64,000 nt of DNA from assembly GCA_016183325.1 (NCBI GenBank), contig JACPEV010000009.1, forward strand, positions 1,303-65,302, in the 5' to 3' direction. The number at the start of each line of letters is the position of its first letter. Positions within the stretch are counted from its first letter, which is position 1. Made by a program: the position numbers and the translations under genes. This stretch comes from Candidatus Curtissbacteria bacterium (GTDB lineage: Bacteria; Patescibacteriota; Microgenomatia; Curtissbacterales; GWA2-41-24). Under the pieces are notes generated by a model. That model was not told the origin of the DNA and made no database searches. It worked only from the letters and a program-made list of their open reading frames with translations. Shown here in pieces: positions 28,275 to 37,463 of this stretch.

Positions 28275-29060
28275 ATGTTAAAAAAATATTTCAAAATCTG
28301 GCTTTTGATGACAACTTGCGTTTCACAAATCGCTTTCCTTTCACGCTTTGGTGCAGTCTTGTTTATTATTGGCAAATTCCTACGCTTCGGATTCTTTTTA
28401 CTTTTTCTAATTATTCTAGAGACGCAAACCAAGGGCATCGAAGGTTATAATCTTTGGCAAGTGATATTTTTCTTTGCAACCTTCAATCTCATCGACACCC
28501 TACCTCAGCTATTCTTTCGTGAAGTTTATCGCTTTAGATCTTATGTTGTCTCGGGTCAATTTGATTTCTTTTTGACCAAACCGCTCTCACCACTTTTTAG
28601 ATCACTTCTTGGGGGAAGCGATATTTTAGATCTTTCGATGATTTTTATTGCAGTCGGTTTTATTGCACTCTCTGCCACTCGACTTGAGGGTATTACTGGT
28701 CTATCCATAATTTCTTATCTACTTTTGATTGCCAACGCTTTAGTAATTGCCATGGCACTGCACATTCTGGTTATCTCAGTTGGTGTTTTAACGACCGAAG
28801 TTGACAACACCATTATGCTTTATCGGGATATCACCCAAATGGGCCGCATTCCTGTGGATGTTTACCGCGAACCGCTAAGCTTCCTAATCACCTTTGTTAT
28901 ACCTGTCGGAGTTATGGCGACCTTCCCGGCCAAAGCTTTAATGGGACTGTTGACCTTGCAGTTTATGATGATTTCTTTTTTAATCAGCGGAATTTTACTG
29001 GCAGCAAGCCTTGCTTTTTGGAAGTTTTCCCTCAAAAACTACTCGTCGATATCTACTTAA
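28275..29060 (+). CDS. ABC-2 family transporter permease 2
   Basis: Polytopic hydrophobic protein, second permease of the ATPase+2-permease trio. Confidence 0.7.
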   Translation: MLKKYFKIWLLMTTCVSQIAFLSRFGAVLFIIGKFLRFGFFLLFLIILETQTKGIEGYNLWQVIFFFATFNLIDTLPQLFFREVYRFRSYVVSGQFDFFLTKPLSPLFRSLLGGSDILDLSMIFIAVGFIALSATRLEGITGLSIISYLLLIANALVIAMALHILVISVGVLTTEVDNTIMLYRDITQMGRIPVDVYREPLSFLITFVIPVGVMATFPAKALMGLLTLQFMMISFLISGILLAASLAFWKFSLKNYSSIST

Positions 29061-29078
29061 TTAAGCCCTCAAATTTAG

Positions 29079-29192
29079 GTAACTGTTCACCGTTACTGAC
29101 ACAACGCATATTGTTCGAGGCTGAAAGCCGAGAACTAAACTTCTCGCTCACGCTCGAAGAGTAATAACGTGTCAGCGATTGTGAACTCTTAC
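29079..29192 (+). repeat. 114-bp exact repeat, copy A (MITE-like; terminal inverted repeats gtaa-ctg-ttcac ... gtgaa-ctc-ttac)
   Basis: Identical base for base to 55393-55506; sits 10 nt upstream of dgkA. Confidence 0.85.
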
Positions 29193-29202
29193 AAATTTAG
29201 TT

Positions 29203-29604
29203 ATGGATAGAATCCGTGTTAAGATTATTGATATGGGACATAGAGATAGTTTCTTTAAGCATCAGATAGTCAGTTTTTCTTATGCTATCGAAGGAATCAT
29301 TTATAGCTTTAAAAAAGGTACTCATTTTAAAATCCAGACTCTGGCCGCAGTTGCGGCCGTAATTGCCGCAGTCATTTATAAAATTAGCTATATTGAATGG
29401 TTGACTATCATCCTTATCTCGTCAGCCATTCTGGCTGCCGAAGCGATCAACACGGGCATTGAAGAAACTGGCGATGTTTTGCATCCCGAACATCATCCTC
29501 GCGTCAAATTGGCCAAACACTGCGCCGCCGGCGGTGTCCTCATCCTATCCATCGCAGCAGTCATTATCGGAGCAATTATTTTCCTCCCAAAAATCTTCGT
29601 CTAA
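29203..29604 (+). CDS. dgkA: Diacylglycerol/undecaprenol kinase family protein (DgkA-like)
   Basis: ...EWLTIILISSAILAAEAINTGIEETGD...HPRVKLAKHCAAGGVLI... DgkA motifs. Confidence 0.75.
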   Translation: MDRIRVKIIDMGHRDSFFKHQIVSFSYAIEGIIYSFKKGTHFKIQTLAAVAAVIAAVIYKISYIEWLTIILISSAILAAEAINTGIEETGDVLHPEHHPRVKLAKHCAAGGVLILSIAAVIIGAIIFLPKIFV

Positions 29605-29706
29605 AACCCCACACCAAAAACACGCAATTGCGTAAAAATGGTACGGATCGAAATTGTTATTTTGTGATAAAATTTCTTATCAATTTAACAATGTAACAAT
29701 TTAGCA

Positions 29707-30882
29707 ATGAAAAATACTTTTTTCATCAAAACCTTTGGTTGTCAGCAAAATTTAGCCGATTCCCAGCGGATTGCAAGCTACTATCTTGCTCGCGGTTACC
29801 GTCAGACCAACACTATGGAGTCGGCAAGTGAAATTGTTATCAACACGTGCATGATTCGTCAAACCGCAGAGGACAAAGTTACGGGTCTTGTTAAAAATAT
29901 CTTAAAACAATCAGCTCTCCGAGCCAGAGGCTCTCTGAGCCGGAGGCCCAAAATTGTCATCACGGGCTGCATGGTGGGCATGGCTGTTCGCGACGAAACT
30001 GGCAAGTATTTAAAAGCCCTAAGAAAAAGAATGCCTGAAGTCGACGAGTTTTTACCCCTTGAGGAAGTTGGTTTCGATTATCCTGCCCTAAGAAATGATG
30101 TTACACATAGCTGGGTCCCGATCTCAAACGGTTGCAACAATTTCTGCACCTTTTGTGTCGTGCCCTTCACACGTGGTCGGGAAGTATCCCGTCCATTTGA
30201 GGACATAATCTCAGAAATCAAAGAATTAGCCAGCATTGGCTGCAGGGAAGTTACCTTACTCGGTCAAAACGTCAATTCCTATGGAGCCGACTTAGTAAAA
30301 AACTCAAAAGGCTACAAATTGCCAAATGGTAGGCTAGTCAAACCGGTAATGGTCAAACACTTGGGTCGTTATCGTATTCCGACGTTGTTTCCATATCTTT
30401 TGGAAGAAGTTTGCAAAATCAAAGGCATTAAGATCGTTAAGTTTATTTCCTCAAACCCTTGGGATTTTTCAGACGAACTAATTGATGTAATCACCAAAAA
30501 TAAAAAAATCGACAGAAATTTACACTTAGCAGTTCAGTCAGGAGATGACGGAGTTCTTAAAAGAATGAATAGATGGTACACGAGAGAAGAATATATTAAT
30601 CTGGTTAAAAAAATTAAATCAAAAATCAAAGGTGCTCAAATATCAACAGATATTATTGTTGGCTTTCCAGGCGAGACGGAAGACCAATTTAAAAATATTA
30701 TCAAACTCGCCAAAGAAGCAAACTTTGCCTATGCTTATGTCTCCAAATATTCCCAACGTCCCAATACTGCTGCAACCAAAGCTTTTCCGGATGATATTCC
30801 CCATACTGAAAAAGAACGTCGCTTCCACATTGTTGATCAGCTCATCAACCACAAGGGCAATCCCCGCTCAGCAGTTCACTGA
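29707..30882 (+). CDS. MiaB/RimO-family radical SAM methylthiotransferase (no obvious C-terminal TRAM domain)
   Basis: N-terminal MTTase domain FIKTFGCQQN; radical SAM CNNFCTFCVVP. Confidence 0.8.
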   Translation: MKNTFFIKTFGCQQNLADSQRIASYYLARGYRQTNTMESASEIVINTCMIRQTAEDKVTGLVKNILKQSALRARGSLSRRPKIVITGCMVGMAVRDETGKYLKALRKRMPEVDEFLPLEEVGFDYPALRNDVTHSWVPISNGCNNFCTFCVVPFTRGREVSRPFEDIISEIKELASIGCREVTLLGQNVNSYGADLVKNSKGYKLPNGRLVKPVMVKHLGRYRIPTLFPYLLEEVCKIKGIKIVKFISSNPWDFSDELIDVITKNKKIDRNLHLAVQSGDDGVLKRMNRWYTREEYINLVKKIKSKIKGAQISTDIIVGFPGETEDQFKNIIKLAKEANFAYAYVSKYSQRPNTAATKAFPDDIPHTEKERRFHIVDQLINHKGNPRSAVH

Positions 30883-30967
30883 ATTCGAATGTATCCGAAT
30901 GTAATTACTCCGAATGAATCCTAATATTCGGATAAATTAGGATTATTTAAATTCGGATGTATTCGGA

Positions 30968-32305
30968 TCATCTCCACGTCGGAAGCCACATATATTTATC
31001 TATCGCAGCTACTTCAATCGGCCAACCAGAGGAAATTGGATAAAAATAGAAGAAAACAACAGCCACCAGAATTAAAAATATCAACACCAAATATTTCGCT
31101 CTACTTTTGTAAATTTGAAAAAGTGCCACTCCTAAAGCTATCGCCAAAAATGGAAGAGATGGAAGATAGTGGTGTAAAAAAAGTATCCTTGGGGTAAAAA
31201 CGAATGGTAGCCAAAAGATAAAGTATCCCAGAAGTATCAGTAAATATTTCTTTTCTCTTTCCGCAATCAACCGCCCTACAATATAAGAAATAGCCACTAA
31301 TCCTGCCCAAAAAATTAAAGGATTTCCAAGCGCATAAATATAACCGGCTTTTTCTCCCGCTTCGCCGCGAGGCGAGCGAGGCGAGCCGTATTGCTCGTAA
31401 GAAAAATACACGGGGCGTATATCAAGCGCCCAAGGGCAAAAAGTTTTTGGGCCACTGAGCCCTTTGGGAGCACAAAAAATCGGTGTCGTTGCGTACGAAT
31501 GCTCAAGATCTCCTCGACTTTGATACCACCAAATTTGTTGGTGCAAGTTATAAAATTGTTTAAAAGTGTAACCTTGAAGCCAAAATTGGCTGTAAGACAG
31601 AAGGTAAATCACTCCCGGGATAATAAATAAACTCAAAATTTTAGGGCTCACTAGCTTCTGCTTGAAATCATCCCAGAAGATATAAATAAAAAGAGCCAAT
31701 ATTGCCCAGAAACCTGTCCATTTAGTTGCAATCGAAAAACCTAAAAATAGACTCGTTAAAAATAAGAGAACTGATCTTTTCTTAACACCTCCGAGGTGGC
31801 TGAAGGACTCCTCGGAGGTGGACCTTACATAAAGAGCAGCAAAAATAAACGACATTAATACAAAAAATGTCACAAAAACGTCATTCATCGTAATGCGGCT
31901 CATGACAAATGTTAAATTTTCAAACGCTATAACAGTGGCAGCAAAAATCGCAACCACCGGCCCAAATAACAAATTAGCAAGAACAAAAGTTGCGCCAATT
32001 ATGCCTGTGCCAAAAATAGCACTTGGCAACCTCCACCCAAATGGCACGTCACCGAAAATCTTGATCGACCCCGCCTGAATCAACTTTGCCAGCGGTGGAT
32101 GCAGCCAATCATAAGCGGTTCCCTCTTTAGGTGCTGGAGAAAAAGGATCATAAGGCGCCGGATTATTGTCAGCGTAAGCTTTCGCCGTCACCGCATGATA
32201 AACTTCGTCAAAGTAGTAGTGACTGGGCTCTGTCAATCGGAATAAACGGATCGCCAAGGAAAAAACTGTCAAAAATATAAGAAGAACAAAAATTATTCTA
32301 TTCAT
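30968..32305 (-). CDS. GT-C fold glycosyltransferase, PMT/GT39-like membrane protein
   Basis: N-terminal YYFDEVYHAVTAKAY...YDWLHPPLAKLIQAGSIKIFG (DE motif); contains an in-frame palindromic insert at 31786-31820. Confidence 0.7.
   Translation of the reverse strand: MNRIIFVLLIFLTVFSLAIRLFRLTEPSHYYFDEVYHAVTAKAYADNNPAPYDPFSPAPKEGTAYDWLHPPLAKLIQAGSIKIFGDVPFGWRLPSAIFGTGIIGATFVLANLLFGPVVAIFAATVIAFENLTFVMSRITMNDVFVTFFVLMSFIFAALYVRSTSEESFSHLGGVKKRSVLLFLTSLFLGFSIATKWTGFWAILALFIYIFWDDFKQKLVSPKILSLFIIPGVIYLLSYSQFWLQGYTFKQFYNLHQQIWWYQSRGDLEHSYATTPIFCAPKGLSGPKTFCPWALDIRPVYFSYEQYGSPRSPRGEAGEKAGYIYALGNPLIFWAGLVAISYIVGRLIAEREKKYLLILLGYFIFWLPFVFTPRILFLHHYLPSLPFLAIALGVALFQIYKSRAKYLVLIFLILVAVVFFYFYPISSGWPIEVAAIDKYMWLPTWR
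31786..31820. repeat. In-frame inverted-repeat mini-element cacctccgaggagtcc...cacctcggaggtg (minus-strand orientation) inside the GT39-like gene
   Basis: Same arms as the element at 41806-41887 in miaA; encodes STSEESFSHLGGV. Confidence 0.7.
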
Positions 32306-32312
32306 CTTAAAT

Positions 32313-34010
32313 TTAAAAATTTGGTCTCAATCTCAATATTAATAAAATCATTAAAACAATTAAAGAAGCAATACTGATACTATTACCAATATTTCGAATA
32401 GGAGTATTTTTAAAAATCAATTTTATGTTATGGGTCCCTTTTTCGATGTAAAAATTGATCAACCCATGTTTATCTTTAGATAAGGGGGTTTCTTTATTGT
32501 CGATATATAGCTTCCAACCAGGGAAATAAAAAGTATTAGCTCGAATTTGTGCAGTTTGAAAACTAGTGATGTTTGCTGAATATAAAAGGTTATCTTTTCG
32601 TATGTTAGTAATGCTGCTTGATAAACTATCATCTTCAAAAAATGGATGAGTCCATGCAGGGCCACGATTTTCAATAAGTTTAAGTAGCTGATAGTAAGAT
32701 TGTCTAGGCGGCCCAAATTCAGTTTCTGGGAATAGTCCAGAATTAGTCTTAATCATAGTTATATAATCTACGTCTGTAAAAGAAAAACGTGTTGTTATTA
32801 CTTTTGAATACGGCCAATATAAAAATAAAGATAACACAATTATTACAAACGAAAACATTAATTGAAACTTCTTAATTATGACCACAATTATTGAAACTAG
32901 AGCGGCAACTGCAAATGTGGCAATTTCGAGAAACCTCCAAGGGAAGATAATAAATTTCAAGAAAGAAAAGACTTCATAAATTGAAGAGGAGGCCTTCGTT
33001 ATAAAATAAATAGAGGCCATGAAAATAATTAATAAGAAAATCCCCAGGGAGATTAAATGATTCGTGGGCTTACTTCTGATTTTAGATTTATTTATAACTA
33101 ATAAAAAAATGAACACAATTGGTATTACTATATGAACAAGACCTAACTGAAAAGACATAGAATTTTCTTGATTTGATGGAACAGCAAAATGATATTGCCA
33201 CTTCGAATAAATAATTGATTTCAGTGAAGGATAACCATTATCGAAATGATAAGCATTAGAAATATTTGTAAATTTGTTTTCTAAAATTGCCGGTATCCAG
33301 AAAAAAGCAGCCAAACCAAGTCCAAGTACAAAAACATAAATACTATTTATAAAAAACTTTAAATTAGCCTTAAGTCTTAGTTGCAAATAAAACGCGTAAA
33401 TAAAATATAAACCAGCCCCGATTAAAGACATGATATTATGGTTAAGAATAAACAGCATCCAAACTACACTGGTCCATAATGGAAATGTCTTTTGTTTCGA
33501 ATTATAAGCACAAGTTATCAAATAAAATAAGATTGGGAAAAAAAGAAAAGAAGTCGTCTCGCCAAGAGCCCCTCTTATAAAAATATCGGTAAATTGGTAG
33601 GGGGCCCATAAATATAATGTACTTCCAACTAAGGCAGCGAGGTCATTCTTCAAAAGTTTTTTAAGAAATAATAAAGAGAATATTCCTGAGAGTATATATC
33701 CAATACCAAATACCCCCTTAATGCTTGATTGATATGAAAAACCTAAAGAATGAAGAAGACTCCCTACATAATAGGGAAGGTTATAATTTAAAATAAATAC
33801 AGGTGATCCATAACCAGCCATCCATGTTGGAAGCCACCTTACAGGAAACTGCCCATCTCTAAGTGCTTCATTAAAATGGGCAAGCCGCATAATATGGGTA
33901 AATCCATCATGAGTATCAAAAAAACCAGGAAGAAAAAGTTCACGGATACCAATCAATGAAACTATTACTATTATTAAAAGTGGAACTAATATTCCTTGTG
34001 TGTTTTTCAC
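32313..34010 (-). CDS. Large polytopic membrane protein (565 aa), putative GT-C-like
   Basis: FFDTHDGFTHIMRLAHFNEALRDGQFPVRWLPTWMAGYGSP... plus >10 predicted TM segments. Confidence 0.6.
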   Translation of the reverse strand: MKNTQGILVPLLIIVIVSLIGIRELFLPGFFDTHDGFTHIMRLAHFNEALRDGQFPVRWLPTWMAGYGSPVFILNYNLPYYVGSLLHSLGFSYQSSIKGVFGIGYILSGIFSLLFLKKLLKNDLAALVGSTLYLWAPYQFTDIFIRGALGETTSFLFFPILFYLITCAYNSKQKTFPLWTSVVWMLFILNHNIMSLIGAGLYFIYAFYLQLRLKANLKFFINSIYVFVLGLGLAAFFWIPAILENKFTNISNAYHFDNGYPSLKSIIYSKWQYHFAVPSNQENSMSFQLGLVHIVIPIVFIFLLVINKSKIRSKPTNHLISLGIFLLIIFMASIYFITKASSSIYEVFSFLKFIIFPWRFLEIATFAVAALVSIIVVIIKKFQLMFSFVIIVLSLFLYWPYSKVITTRFSFTDVDYITMIKTNSGLFPETEFGPPRQSYYQLLKLIENRGPAWTHPFFEDDSLSSSITNIRKDNLLYSANITSFQTAQIRANTFYFPGWKLYIDNKETPLSKDKHGLINFYIEKGTHNIKLIFKNTPIRNIGNSISIASLIVLMILLILRLRPNF

Positions 34011-34149
34011 AATAGAATTGATATAAATTTTCTCTAAATCAGTTTATCAGGATGGCTTATCTAGATCAAAAAACAGTTGTTATACTCTTAAAAAAAATGG
34101 TTAAAGTTGCTGTTAACTTCGATGGTTTAGCCCAACCATTTAATTTATA

Positions 34150-36078
34150 ATGGATTTAATGCTATTAACTATTTTAGTGATTATAATTACGGTTTTTTTT
34201 GGATATGCTATTTTAAGTCTTTTCGCAACGCAATTGAGATTCAACGAAAAAATAGCTTCTAGTTTTATAATTGGAATCTCGTTATATTCATTATTAACCT
34301 TTTTGATTGCGAATGTCTTTAAGTTAAGTTTTTTAACTATTTTTTTCTCTACAACAATTGTTGTCTTATTTGCGGTAGTAATTTTGGTAAAAAGAAAATC
34401 CTATTATTTCAAAGATTTTTTAACATCTCATGAGCAAATAAAAAATTTTTTGAAAAACAAGTATTTACTATTCACTTTTATTTTTTTCACCATTCTTTTT
34501 TCTAAAATTTTTTACCAAACTTTCGTTCCTGAAAAAGCCGGCTTTTATGCAGGTTCACTAGGATTTTGGGGTGATGGCGCTTTGCATCTCACATTGATTA
34601 ACTCCTTTTTTAAAGGAGATAATTTTTGGCCCCAACAACCACTTTTTGCAGGTGTTAAATTAAGCTATCCGTTTTTACCGGACTTCACCAGTAGTATTTT
34701 CCTAAAGTTGGGAAGTTCAGTGCGCACTGCTATAGCACTTCCTTCTGTACTATTACTTTCCGCATCAATCTTGCTTCTCTACTCGATTTTCCATCAAATA
34801 ACTAAATCTAAGCTTGCCGCTTCTCTAGCAATCTTCATAATATTTTTCCTTGGCGGTTTAGGTTTTATCTACTTCTTCGAGGATTTGGTCAGGACCAATT
34901 TCGCATTTTCTACATTTGCATATCCTCCAAGAGAATACACATCGATGGGAAACGAGAAAGGTATCCACTACATTAATCTAATTACATCTCCTATAGTTTC
35001 TCAAAGAGCCTTTTTATTTGGTTTTCCTCTGATTTTGGTAATTTATATGGTCTTAAGAGAGGCTTTGGAAAAGTTAGACGTAAAACAATTTATTTTCGCT
35101 GGTCTATTAGTAGGTGTTCTGCCATTTATACACAGTCACACTCTTCTGACCTTGGGAATTGCGTTGCCTGTATTTGCTTTAGTTAACCTAATTAATAGGC
35201 CAAAGTCCGAAATAAAAAAGCTCTTTTTATTGTGGACCATTTTTGGAATAATCGCTGCTGCTCTAATTGTCCCACAACTTTTATTGTTTTTTCCCCGGGA
35301 CATCTCGGTTAACACTCTGCGGTTTCAATTTGGCTGGATGGCTCATGTTAAAAATGACAATATTTTTTGGTTTTGGATCAAAAATACTGGCCTTTTAATA
35401 CCTTTAATTATATTGTCTCCAATAGTTTTAGGAAAACAGAAATTTATCAAACTCTTTAAGTTTTATTTGCCATTTTTGGGAATTTTCATTGTTGCAAATT
35501 TTATTATATTCCAACCCTTAGAATACGATAACAGTAAAGTTTTTAACTATTGGTATATTTTTTCCGCACCGCTTGCTGCAACAGTAATTATAAACTTTTT
35601 AAAGAGGAATTCACTGTTTAAAATTATTGGGGTGGTTCTTTTTATCGTCCTTATCTTATCAGGTTTTTTAGATGTTTGGCGCTTGAATAATTATCAAGAG
35701 AACAGAATTCTAATGTTTGATAATGAAAGTATTAAACTTGCTGATTTTGTTTCTATTCATACTGAACCAAGATCAATTTTTGTTACGGCCATTCAACACA
35801 ATCATTCTGTCTTAGCTCTTGCAGGAAGAAGGGTTTTAGTTGGTTACACTGGATGGTTGTGGACTTACAGTATTAACTATGGTCCACGTGAGCAAGATGT
35901 CAGAATGATCTATCAAGGGGGCAATCTATCCCAAAACTTACTTAATAAATATAGCGTTAATTATCTTGTTATCGGGCCAGTAGAGAGTTCGCAGTTTCAA
36001 ATAAATGAACAATTTTTCGAGCAAAATTTCGCCCGTATTTACTCAACGCCTGCGTATCGAGTTTATAAAATATCATGA
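34150..36078 (+). CDS. Large polytopic membrane protein, paralog family member 1 (642 aa)
   Basis: Shares N-terminal W.DG.H....SF.KGDNFWPQQPLFAG..LSYPFL and C-terminal LAGRRVLVGYTGWLW...GPREQDV motifs with 37455-39251 and 39294-41201. Confidence 0.7.
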   Translation: MDLMLLTILVIIITVFFGYAILSLFATQLRFNEKIASSFIIGISLYSLLTFLIANVFKLSFLTIFFSTTIVVLFAVVILVKRKSYYFKDFLTSHEQIKNFLKNKYLLFTFIFFTILFSKIFYQTFVPEKAGFYAGSLGFWGDGALHLTLINSFFKGDNFWPQQPLFAGVKLSYPFLPDFTSSIFLKLGSSVRTAIALPSVLLLSASILLLYSIFHQITKSKLAASLAIFIIFFLGGLGFIYFFEDLVRTNFAFSTFAYPPREYTSMGNEKGIHYINLITSPIVSQRAFLFGFPLILVIYMVLREALEKLDVKQFIFAGLLVGVLPFIHSHTLLTLGIALPVFALVNLINRPKSEIKKLFLLWTIFGIIAAALIVPQLLLFFPRDISVNTLRFQFGWMAHVKNDNIFWFWIKNTGLLIPLIILSPIVLGKQKFIKLFKFYLPFLGIFIVANFIIFQPLEYDNSKVFNYWYIFSAPLAATVIINFLKRNSLFKIIGVVLFIVLILSGFLDVWRLNNYQENRILMFDNESIKLADFVSIHTEPRSIFVTAIQHNHSVLALAGRRVLVGYTGWLWTYSINYGPREQDVRMIYQGGNLSQNLLNKYSVNYLVIGPVESSQFQINEQFFEQNFARIYSTPAYRVYKIS

Positions 36079-36100
36079 GAATTAAAACTTTATCTTTTTA

Positions 36101-37463
36101 ATGCGTACAACTTTATTCACCATTTTGCTGTTGTTGATTACAATTTTAGGTTTAATTCTACGATTTTTAGATTATGACAAATTCCCTCCATTTGATGCCA
36201 CTAAGGATGAATTCTTTTATTCTTGGGCAGGGATGTCTTTAATTCAAACGGGTACTCCAAAATCTTGGTCAATATTTAACGCATATCCAGATGGAGAACT
36301 TGTTTATAAATGGGGTACATGGTATAGGTTAGTTTCTCCTTGGTTAGATAAACCTCCGTTATATTCTTTAATTACTGGTTCATGGGTTTTATTAAATGGT
36401 GCAAGAGATCTATTCGATGTACGTCTATCCATCTTGAGAGTTATCCTTATTTTTTAAAGTTTTTTCACTATTTTCTTAACCGGTATATTAGCTAAAAAAA
36501 TTTTCTCGCCAACAGTCGGAATTCTTGCCTCATTGCTATATGCATTCACTCCGACCATAGTAATATCTAATCGTCTTTCACTTACTGAAAACTTACTAAC
36601 ACCGCTCTCTCTTCTTACTCTTTGGTTTTTCTCCCAAAATCAACAGGGGATATGGTCAAAAATCAAACCTTGGGTCGTCGGATTGACTTGCGGCTTGGCT
36701 CTCATCTCCAAAAATATCGCCATCACCTTGCCAGCTGTCTTAATCTGGTTGCTTTTCGAGAAAAAACAATGGCGTAATTTATTAATCATTGCTGCATTTT
36801 CTTTATTCTTTGCCTTAATCCATCCCCTTATCGGTCTTTATTACAATTGGGATCTTTATCTTGCAGTCTTGGCCGATTATGGAAAGGCCCACAGTCTGGG
36901 ATTACCCAAGCTAGTTACTACTCTCTTCAGATTCCCCGTCATTGGCCATAAAGAAGCCATTTTCCTAGATGGATCCATACTCGCAGGCTATATTCTTTTT
37001 TTTCAGTTCGCCGTTTTGGCTAAAAGGCAAATTAGAAGATATGAATCTTAAACTACTGTTAGCTTTTCCCTTTGCTACTCTGGTTCTCCTTTCAGAATTA
37101 GAAGGCGGAAAGACCTTTTTCGGTTGGCACCTATTTCCTCTATTTCCGTTTCTCTCGATACTTCTGGCCAAAGCCTTTTACGATCTCTGGCAAAATCCCA
37201 ATTTATTAAAATCATTGTTTTTCTATCTAATTCTCGGCTCATCAACGGTCCGCTTTTTTCTACTCTTGACACTCCAATCTCAAAAATCATGGCAATGGAT
37301 TTTAGGGACGTTGTTGGTAATTTTAATTGTTGGATTTTTCCCGAAAACTGCCTATCGACGAATTGTCTTACTGGCTTACTTTATGGTGTTTTTCGTTGTC
37401 AATGTTTTAGTAGTCATCAATCTAAACCAAATTTATCCCAGCTATCCGCAACCCTTAGAGTAA
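36101..37463 (+). pseudogene. Disrupted PMT/GT-C-like glycosyltransferase gene (in-frame TAA at 36455-36457, then a frameshift near 36970-37050)
   Basis: ORFs 36101-36457 and 36533-37051 are in the same frame, separated by one stop with continuous sense on both sides. Third piece 36969-37463 is in another frame; T8 homopolymer at ~36998. Confidence 0.55.

Noticed and set aside
29079-29192. ZTP or purine riboswitch upstream of purP and dgkA
   Set aside because: Conserved ZTP (pfl) and purine-aptamer motifs are absent. 100 percent identity of the two copies favours a mobile repeat.
36101-37463. Three separate small membrane-protein genes (36101-36457, 36533-37051, 36969-37463)
   Set aside because: The first two are in the same frame, separated by one stop with sense on both sides. 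The third continues the same protein family after a frameshift. They were treated as one disrupted gene.
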